NCBI GenBank assembly: GCA_002269645.1
Contig: NIVC01002402.1
Coordinates: forward strand, 35,291-99,290
DNA length: 64,000 bases
From: Macrostomum lignano
Lineage: Eukaryota
Direction: 5' to 3'
Part shown: positions 55,900 to 64,000 of the stretch, one piece after another
Position numbering within the stretch: position 1 is the stretch's first letter
Layout: each line of letters opens with the position of its first letter
Program-made: the position numbers and the translations under genes
The notes under the pieces: generated by a model
Databases searched by the model: none
What the model was told of the DNA's origin: nothing
Seen by the model: the letters and a program-made list of their open reading frames with translations, nothing else

Positions 55900-56086
55900 A
55901 TCTGAAGGCTACGTAGGGCTGTTCAGTCCAAGGACTGGGCTGGGGGGTCGCCACACACACCCTCAATTGCCCCAGCTAATGCTGGCACCTATTTACAGGT
56001 GGGTGAAGTGAAGCAATGTTGTTCCCAGTGAGTCGAGAATCGAACCCTCGACCTTTCAGTTGTGTGTCCTACTATGCTACAACCCT
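55900..56086 (-). mobile_element. tRNA-derived SINE, degenerate
   Basis: Minus strand reads TGTAGCATAGTAGG (A-box-like)...GGGTTCGATTCTC (B box), then a non-tRNA body TGCTTCACTTCACCCACCTGTAAATAGGTGCCAGC. There is no full cloverleaf. Confidence 0.55.
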
Positions 56087-56414
56087 ATTTTAAACAATAT
56101 AAAATGGCTTGAGCTCCTGTAGATGCTATCAAAACCGGGGCGATTGTCCTCCGTAGATTAAGCGACCCTCTTCATCTTCCCTAATTACTTCGCTTTTCTA
56201 CACCACTATTCACTGATCAGTGCAAAACCGCAGCCCACAGCCAAATAAATAATTCATAAAGATTGGTAGACCACAAATTCCTGATGAAAAAACGTTTTAA
56301 TTACAGAGAATATCCTTATTCCACAAGAGACTCAGGTAGGGCGTTTCAGACCTGGATTTAAAGAGCGAAGACAAACGCAGATGTGACCTGAGAGTGCTCA
56401 ACTCCAATCCGGAC

Positions 56415-59400
56415 ATGAATCAGCAGCAGAAGCAGCACAAATCGCAGGTCCCGACTTCTGCAGCCGTTGCCGCGAGCACGCTGATCCGCGTGCGGCCCGA
56501 GTTCTACCTGGCCGACCTGGGTCCGCAGACGCCGCCAGCGCTCACCTTTGCGCTGCCGCCTCGAGCATTCGACGCTTCCTCCGGTTTCGGAGGAGCCGTC
56601 GTCAACAGCGCCTCGTCCAGCTGCTCCCTGCCTGCGGACGTGTCTGACGCCGGGCGCGGAGGCGCTGAAGATGACGACGCGCCCACGGCTGGCAGGATCG
56701 ACCACCGGCAGGTGCCACCGCGGAAGAACTCTGCCACGAGTCCGCTTTTAGTCTGCACTTGCCAGCGACAGGCGAACGATGAAGATGCTGACGATGGGCA
56801 GTGGCTGTCCCAGCCGCCGCCGCTTCATCCGTCCGTTCGTCATTCCAATGTGAGAAACAGCTGAGTTGTTTCAGGGCTTCAGAATTCGTGTTTTGCTGGA
56901 AAAATATTTCTAAAATCCTGATAAAACTGCAGTTACCATTTATCTTTGAGATGTTTACAGGAGTTTTTGTACATGAAGAAACCAACTCTACCGTGATTTG
57001 ACCCCGTATGCTACTCGAATTGAACATAACCTCAATCTTGATCCTTGATCCTTGATCCATCCTTGATCAAGGATCCACAGCTTGATCCCAAAGACATCCC
57101 GATCCCAAAGACACCTCAATCTCAAAAGACACATTGATCCCTAAGACATTGATCCCAAAGACACCCTGATCCCAAAGACACCCCGATTCCAAAGACACCC
57201 CGATCCCAAAGACACCCCGATCCCAAAGACACCCCGATTCCAAAGACACCCCGATCCCAAAGACACCCCGATCCCTAAGACACCCCCTAAGACACCCCGA
57301 TCCCAAAGACACCCCGATTCCAAAGACACCCCGATCCCAAAGACACCCGATTCCAAAGACACCCCGATCCCAAAGACACCCCGATTCCAAAGACACCCCG
57401 ATCCCAAAGACACCCCGATCCCAAGGACACCCCGATCCCAAAGACACCCCGATCCCGAGGAAAGCCTGCACCAGAGCAGCAAGTAGCTAGCTGTAACTGA
57501 ACGAATATCAGGTAATGTCAGGATGTCTGAGGATACGAGTATTTTGACTGAACAATAATTTGATGATAAACTGGTTATGCTGTAAGCGTTATCAACTATC
57601 CACCTCGCAGACTCAGCTGTTCGGCCACTCCAGAGGTGAACGTCAGTTTGACGCCGAGCTGGAATCTGCATCCGCGTCAGTGGAATATCGTCATGAGGTA
57701 TTTTTGGACATTCTCCTGCATGTTATTACGAGCCTACCTTATGAGAAAATAGAATTCCTACCTACATTGGCGCGAGAAAGCTGTAAGTTCAAGGCCGATG
57801 CTCTCCCCCAAAAAAAAGCCGATTACTGCCCCATCAGCTCTTGAATGAAGCTGGCACTTCGCCGGCGCACGCCTTGCGGTCATGAGCCAGCGAGACTCAG
57901 TTGTCAGAGGATCAGAAGCGGGCATGGATTTTCTGAAAGCAAATGGACCCTAATGCCCTATTTTTGAGTCTCTTTTTCCGATTCTCCCACTCCGCAGTCG
58001 ATGGAAAAGCTTTCCTTTTCTTTTTTTTTGAAAGTTGAAACTCAGTTTAAAAGTTCCTCTTAAGCGCTCCATCTTTCGAAATGCGGACCGGGCTTTTCCA
58101 CCTTGAGCAAGGATTGCCACCCCGAGGCGACTCATCGATTTCACTCGCCTTATTCCTCGGTTCTTTAGCCGAAGCAGCCTAGACATTGTGGGGGGGGGGG
58201 GTTCCAGGGCTGATGGCAAGAAAAATCCCACCAAAAACAACATTGACGGGTGGAACAGGCGGCCGAGCGCGAGCGAGACGGCTTCGCCTCGGCAACGCGC
58301 CGCCTGGAGGAAGAGAATGAAAGCCTGCGGCGGCAGCTGCGTGACGCGCGCAGGCGACTGGAGGACGCCGAGCAGGAGTCCGACCGGCTGCGAGCGGCGC
58401 ACCAGCGCGCTGAGAGAGCGCTCGAAGGCCGGGAGCGGCTGCAGAGGCTGCGTGTTCGAGCTTTGGAGCAGCAGGTGCGCGTGTTTAGATATTGCGCCAG
58501 CCTTTTGCCTTTTCTGCTTTGATTGCAGCTTTGAAACATTTGGCTGCCAGTGACATTTAGCTGCCAGTGACATTTGAATGTCAGTGAAATTTGACTGTCA
58601 GGGACATTTGATTGTCAGTGACTTTTGGCTACCAGTGACATTTGACTGTCAGTGACATTCGACTGTCAGTGACATTTGACTGCCAGTGACATTTGACTGC
58701 CAGTGACATTTGACTGTCAGCGACATTTGATTGTCAGTGACTTTTGGCTACCAGTGACATTTGGCTGCCAGTGACATTTGACTGTCAGTGACATTTGACT
58801 GCCAGTGAAATTTGACTGTCAGTGACATTTGGCTGCCAGTGACATTTAGCTGCCAGTGACATTTGAATGTCAGTGAAATTTGACTGTCAGGGACATTTGA
58901 TTGTCAGTGACTTTTGGCTACCAGTGACATTTGACTGTCAGTGACATTCGACTGTCAGTGACATTTGACTGCCAGTGACATTTGACTGCCAGTGACATTT
59001 GACTGTCAGCGACATTTGATTGTCAGTGACTTTTGGCTACCAGTGACATTTGGCTGCCAGTGACATTTGACTGTCAGTGACATTTGACTGCCAGTGAAAT
59101 TTGACTGTCAGTGACATTTGGCTGCCAGTGACATTTGACTGTCAGTGACATTTGACTGCCAGTGACATTTGACTGTCAGTGACATTTGACTGTCAGTGAC
59201 ATTTGGCTGCCAGTGACATTTGACTGCCAGTGACATTTGGCTGTACATCTGGGATTAAATCTCAGGCGAATTCCATAACGGGAATGGAAACTCCTGTCCT
59301 CAGATTTCAGCCCTGAAGGTGCAGCAGCAGCAGAAGGAGGAAGCGGCTGAGGAGGAGCATCGGCGAGCATCGAGGCGGTCGTCGTCGCTGCGACGCCATC

Positions 59401-59615
59401 GCCAGCTCGGAGGCGACGGTCGCGCTGGCGGCGAGCTGATGGAAATCCGCGGCCTACTCGACGCCTCGCTGGCGACCGTCAGCCGGGAGCCCCGGCTGGA
59501 CGCGGCGCTGCTGGAGGCGGAGACTCGTCGCCTGAGCGACGCCCTGCTGCTCCGGGGAAGTCACCGAGCCGACAACAAAGACGCCATCGGCCGGCTTGGC
59601 GTTTGGAGACGCTGA
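56415..59615 (+). CDS. Multi-exon coiled-coil protein of unknown family (internal exon set incomplete)
   Basis: Phase-0 exons 56415-56711, 57611-57697, possibly 57753-57782, 58259-58474 (RRLEEENESLRRQLRDARRRLEDAEQE heptads) and 59304-59615 (to TGA). Confidence 0.6.
57060..57460. repeat. ~17-bp intronic minisatellite (GATCCCAAAGACACCCC)
   Basis: Direct reading. Confidence 0.93.
58535..59240. repeat. 17-bp intronic minisatellite (TGCCAGTGACATTTGAC) with a 289-bp higher-order duplication
   Basis: The variant block starting TGACATTTAG recurs at 58551 and 58840. Confidence 0.93.
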
Positions 59616-60330
59616 CGCTCACAAGGGTCTCGAGCCGGGCTGGCCCCGAACTCGTGCTGTTTTTAGCAATGAATTTCCCATGGCTAATAGTTGTATTTAG
59701 TTTGTTGTCTTTTAGGTTTAGTTGTCACAAACAATATCAATAAAAGCAATACGATTTGAGCATATTTAATAACAATGAAGTAGTTCCGGGTCTCAAAGGA
59801 TGTCTCAAAGAAAAATAAAGTATTTAATTTATGCTCGTGTCGAATTTCTAAAATACTCTCTTTCGAGCTGTAATTGACGTCACTACCATATTGGTGGGCC
59901 TTGGAGAACTCTGATCAAAAAGCAGCCAAGGTGTCGCGTGCTTCGAAAGAAAATCGAGTAAATTCGGGGGCAGGTAAATTCGTTTGATTTTCTTCGGCCA
60001 TATACTGAGACTCAGAGCAGCGATGTATTAGCCAGAGTTAACAATTTTCGCAGAGAAAATATTGCTACATATTAGGAATATTGCGGATGTAACGAGTCGC
60101 CTAAGTGATTGCGTGATTTATAGGGCGAGAATCGGTACAGATCAGTGCCCGGCAACTGGGCATGGGACAGCAAAATGCGTTCTGATCGGATCTGATTGGT
60201 TGTAACAAGGCCTGACCACTCACCTTCGAAATCAACTTTCTAATCATATATAGACTCGAATGCTTGCCATGGCAGCACGTGTGCTGCAGTTCTAGATTTA
60301 TTCAACATAGAGAACCTGTCAAAAGAAACA

Positions 60331-60647
60331 ATGAGCTGGCTACAACTGCTGCTACTCGTTGCCGTGTCAACAAGTACCGCCAGATCTTACGCCTCAGGCG
60401 GCCGCCATCACGCCTTTCTGGCCCAGTCGACCGACGCCTTCGACGATCCGGACTCGCTGAAGGAGTACCTGTTGAATCTCAACCGATATTTTGCCTCGCT
60501 GGGCAGACCCAGGTAATGCATCTGCAACTTACATTTTTGTATGCACTGTAGTAACTATAAGCTCAATTCCCGCTTCGATTCCAAACTTTCAGATACAACA
60601 AGCGTGCGATGGACAATGCGGTGAAGCTGAAGGCTGACGATCAGTAA
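60331..60647 (+). CDS. NPF: Neuropeptide F/Y precursor (2 exons)
   Basis: Signal peptide MSWLQLLLLVAVSTSTARS, then ...FDDPDSLKEYLLNLNRYFASLGRPR|Y. Tyr sits at positions 10 and 17 from the C-terminus. A phase-2 intron (60513-60592) splits the penultimate Arg codon, as in NPF/NPY genes. Exon 2 encodes YNKRAMDNAVKLKADDQ*. AATAAA follows at ~60665. Confidence 0.9.
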
Positions 60648-61659
60648 TGTGTGGGTGATTCCCACAATAAATTCCCACAAACACTTGGTTATTTGTTAAA
60701 TAGACTATGAAACGTACGAGCAAGATGAATGTACATGTACTTCGAATACATGTCACAAATAAGGACGAACGAAGTCCCTCTTGTGTAAAGGGCTTTTTTC
60801 TTGGCAAAAATACTTACCAACGTTACGAACTGCTTCGTGGTTGGACAAATAAATTTATTGTGCAAGTTCTCCTTCGAGAAATGATAAATTATTGAAAAGC
60901 GCCAATGCACGACAAGCTAGATGAGTTAAATAACATACGCAAAGACTCAGAACTCAGGCCAATTTAGAAAAAAATGTTTCAAGACAATATTGCTGCCAAA
61001 AATGGAAAGACAATGCAGCTTCTTTCATTTTAATTAACCGGAACATGAATTGTGCAATTGTGGATGTGGGTTCAATGCAGTTCTATGGTGACCTGCTAGA
61101 GTTAGGCTTCGATCGCACAAAAGCCATGCGATATGATGACGATCGTGCCGGCTTCTTCAGCAAGACGTAACGCGGTGGAGTGCTGTTAGCGCAGACCTTG
61201 GTACTTGATGACACCAACAAAAATAATATAAATGCAACAGCGTCTGTTTCGACTTCAACAGCCTTAGCGGCTGCAGCAAAACTCACTGCCGCTTCGCTCA
61301 TCAGTGCTCACAGCCGCACCCCGAAGCCCGAGTCCACGCTGATGATGGAGACTCCGGCCAAATTTCAAAAAGCTAGCGTGTGAGGTGGGTGGGGCACAGA
61401 ACTCGGGTCACCTGTGCGTGTCCATGTCCTTGCACTGTTCAGCTGGTGGAGCTGAGGACCTAACAAAGCACCGCCTGGTCTCGTTGGTCACTTGGTCACT
61501 TCGTTGGTCACTGGCCTTACCCAGGCAGACCTTATAGACCTTCAACAGGTGGCACCAGTTGACTATGGATACCCTGTTGCGAATTTCTCTATGACCAGTA
61601 TGAGCATAATTCATGGAGTAAAATCGGCATCAGTTATTCTATTCTGTTGGTGTGTTCTA

Positions 61660-61757
61660 TTCATCATCATCATCTTCATCATCATCATCGTCATAATCAT
61701 AATCTTCATCATCATCATAATCATCATCACCATCAGCATCATTATCATCATCATCAT
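61660..61757. repeat. (ATC)n microsatellite
   Basis: Direct reading. Confidence 0.9.
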
Positions 61758-63332
61758 TTCCTAACAGCCTCCCATACAGCCTGACGGCAGCCATATCATT
61801 CAGCTATAAATACAGTATAAAATTCTCAATATGATGCTTTAAAAGCATTTTCAAGCGAAATTATGAATAATTTGTGCATCGGACAGCAAGCCGGGCGGTC
61901 AGATCCGGACAATGGGCGAAAAACCCGCTCTGCAGACCGGGCATGCGGGTCCTCCTTTGTCCGCCTCAACTCGCTGCTGCACGGACTTGCTCGCTGGTGA
62001 CAACTTCCACTATACGAGCTGCTAAAATGATCTGTTTATTGATTTTCAAGCTTCACAGGGGCTGTGAGAGTGTGGATCAGAGAAAGGGAACCAATTTTGA
62101 GCAGCAAGGACTGATAGAAAACAATATGGGAACCAAGGGATGAAAAAAGAGAGATCATTTTCTCCCGTTTGTAAGTTGTCACGAGGAGGCTTTCAGGACA
62201 GAGTTTTTCATTGCCTTTATAATCGCATTAACTCTATAGTGGCTATCACTAAATTCATGTCACAGGCAGGAAAGCGAAGACTGAAAAGAGCTGTGCTAAA
62301 GTGGAAAGTCCCTAACAAAGCAGTCTAAAGCCAAAACAGAGTCAGAGTAGCGAAGGTGAACAGTGGCTGGTGAGCTGAGCTGCTGTCGCAACCACTTGAT
62401 GTAGCGGAAAAAAAGTCGAAACGCTTCTCCAGTCCCCCCAGAGATATGACTTCAGACCCCTGAGCAGCGAATGTCCTGAGATTGCTGCTCCACGGTCGAA
62501 AGCTGCCGCTGTTGCCGCTTGAATCAGCTGTGTGGGGAACTGCAACCGACAGAGAGGGGGCGAGTCGCTGACCAGATCGGATTGAAAACAGAAGCGCATC
62601 GGGACCGTCTGCCGCCACCTGGTTTCGCTTGAGATGCGCTTTGGCACTGTGGCAGCCAGACTTGGTGGTGCCGTGGTGGCATTAAGAGAACTGATTGGTA
62701 TCTTTCTACATGTAGTAGGCGCGGGTCCTTTAATCGAATAGCGCCAGCGGAGAGTCGCGAGTTTCGAGTCGCTACAGCAGATGGAAGACCCGGGTTCCAT
62801 CCTTGCTTCCTTGCTTAACAGGAGCTGCAATGACTGCATGCGTCAGCGGATTCGGGGATGCCGCAGAGTTCTGGGCTGGTGACTAGCTTCAGTGCCGATT
62901 TCAATTAATTGAAATGAATTAGCATTACCTGCTCATTGAAATTCCACTTTCTGATCGAACTACCTAGGCAAGTTCGTGACAGCGCGAATTGCAGACCTTG
63001 AAAATATCCACAACATGTCTGTGGCCAACCCGAGAAACCTGCGGGTGCAGGCAACCCCGCCCTCCCTGTAGTCTGACACAAAGATCGATGAGTGTGACCG
63101 ATAAATTTTCGACTACTACTATACTACGATATATAGATATGATACGAGAATTTTACATAAAAAAGCTCTAGAAGAGCCAAGAGCTCCGCAAGTTTTGCCA
63201 AAATACTACCAGTGCAACGAGGTCGCAGAAAAAAGCGCGTGCAATATGCTGACTAAGCATCAGGGAGTGTGCATGGTACATCACTCACGTTTCACTACAA
63301 GGACCACTGTAGTAGTAGTACAGTGGTCCTTG

Positions 63333-63471
63333 GTTTCACTAGCGAATCACTATTGGAGACGAAACCTCGTGGCGAATATTCATAATGAAAAAGTTTATTT
63401 ATCAGACATATTTTTTGCGATAGCGAATTGTTTTCTAAAAAATGGTGTGATGGTTTATTCGCTAGTGAAAC
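63333..63471. mobile_element. MITE-like element with perfect 15-bp inverted repeats
   Basis: GTTTCACTAGCGAAT (63333-63347) and ATTCGCTAGTGAAAC (63457-63471). Confidence 0.45.
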
Positions 63472-64000
63472 GTAAGTCGTGCATCTCTCTTCTTTATATT
63501 TTCATGGAACGGTACATTAAAACAAAACAGATCACTCTAGTTTAGGCAAAAAACGAGCGAAATAGCTTTAAACTCGCAGAAACATAAAAAATGAAGAACT
63601 GAGTTGTCGAAAAATTTGACTGCTGACAATTTATATTACAATTTAGACTTCCAATTCCATTTCGCGCGCTCTCATAGCTCGAGCACAAGTTGAGTACTGA
63701 GAGGGCTCTAGTCAAACTCAATATTTAGAATTTTATTATATTGAAAACTACCGACTGGGCATACAATCCCGTAAAATGTAGATGGCAGTAAAAATATGGC
63801 CACTCTATAGGTAGGACTAATTTTAATCTAACTTAGGCCACATATAAGGGGTAAACTAGAGAATTTCGAATTTCTGTGTTGCTAGTTTTTGTAATTCAGA
63901 ATGTTTTCAATTTACAATCAAGTAAACAAGCCTAGGCCTACTAGGCTCTAATATAATTGTCAAAACAGCCCACAATTTAAAATAGCTACATTGGCTAGAT

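Noticed and set aside
61290-61460. Myosuppressin-like DMDTHSFLKF-G-R made by splicing a 39-nt intron (61411-61373, minus strand)
   Set aside because: Tempting next to NPF, but I found no signal peptide or upstream cleavage site. The upstream exon has a stop in that frame, and another phase gives an equally plausible protein end. It needs RNA-seq or peptidomics.
61895-61990. RING-tail-like CPVCRAGFSPIVRI* on the minus strand
   Set aside because: The first six metal ligands could not be found in any compatible upstream exon.
62325-62839. Overlapping minus-strand ORFs (165 and 97 aa) and the plus-strand fragment FYGDLLELGFD...* near 61081
   Set aside because: They may be exons, but I could not build a consistent spliced model or recognise a domain.

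Overview
Eukaryotic (metazoan) genomic DNA. It has GT-AG spliced, GC-rich exons and introns packed with micro- and minisatellites. That style, plus an NPF-type neuropeptide gene, suggests a flatworm such as Macrostomum; this is an inference and was not verified. The first 11.65 kb is a near-perfect 118-bp tandem satellite. I reconstructed the following genes by hand from splice sites and reading-frame phase: (1) a minus-strand secreted-type gene with a reeler-like N-terminal part, four copies of an unrecognised ~50-aa module each on its own phase-0 exon, and two Kunitz domains; (2) a MARCH-like RING-CH/2-TM ligase; (3) an intronless 2-TM orphan flanked by inverted, related 20-bp minisatellite arrays; (4) a PAN/apple + fibrinogen-C gene with a GC-AG intron, and a broken partial duplicate of it; (5) a 4-exon orphan; (6) glutathione reductase; (7) a papilin-like mucin/Kunitz/antistasin/WAP/Ig/PLAC gene with four apparent frameshifts; (8) a coiled-coil gene; (9) an NPF/NPY precursor ending RPRY-N-KR, with no amidation glycine. 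MITE-like inverted repeats and a tRNA-derived SINE are also present. There is no CRISPR array, rRNA or functional tRNA. No database searches were run, so family calls come from motif recognition, and repeat boundaries are approximate.
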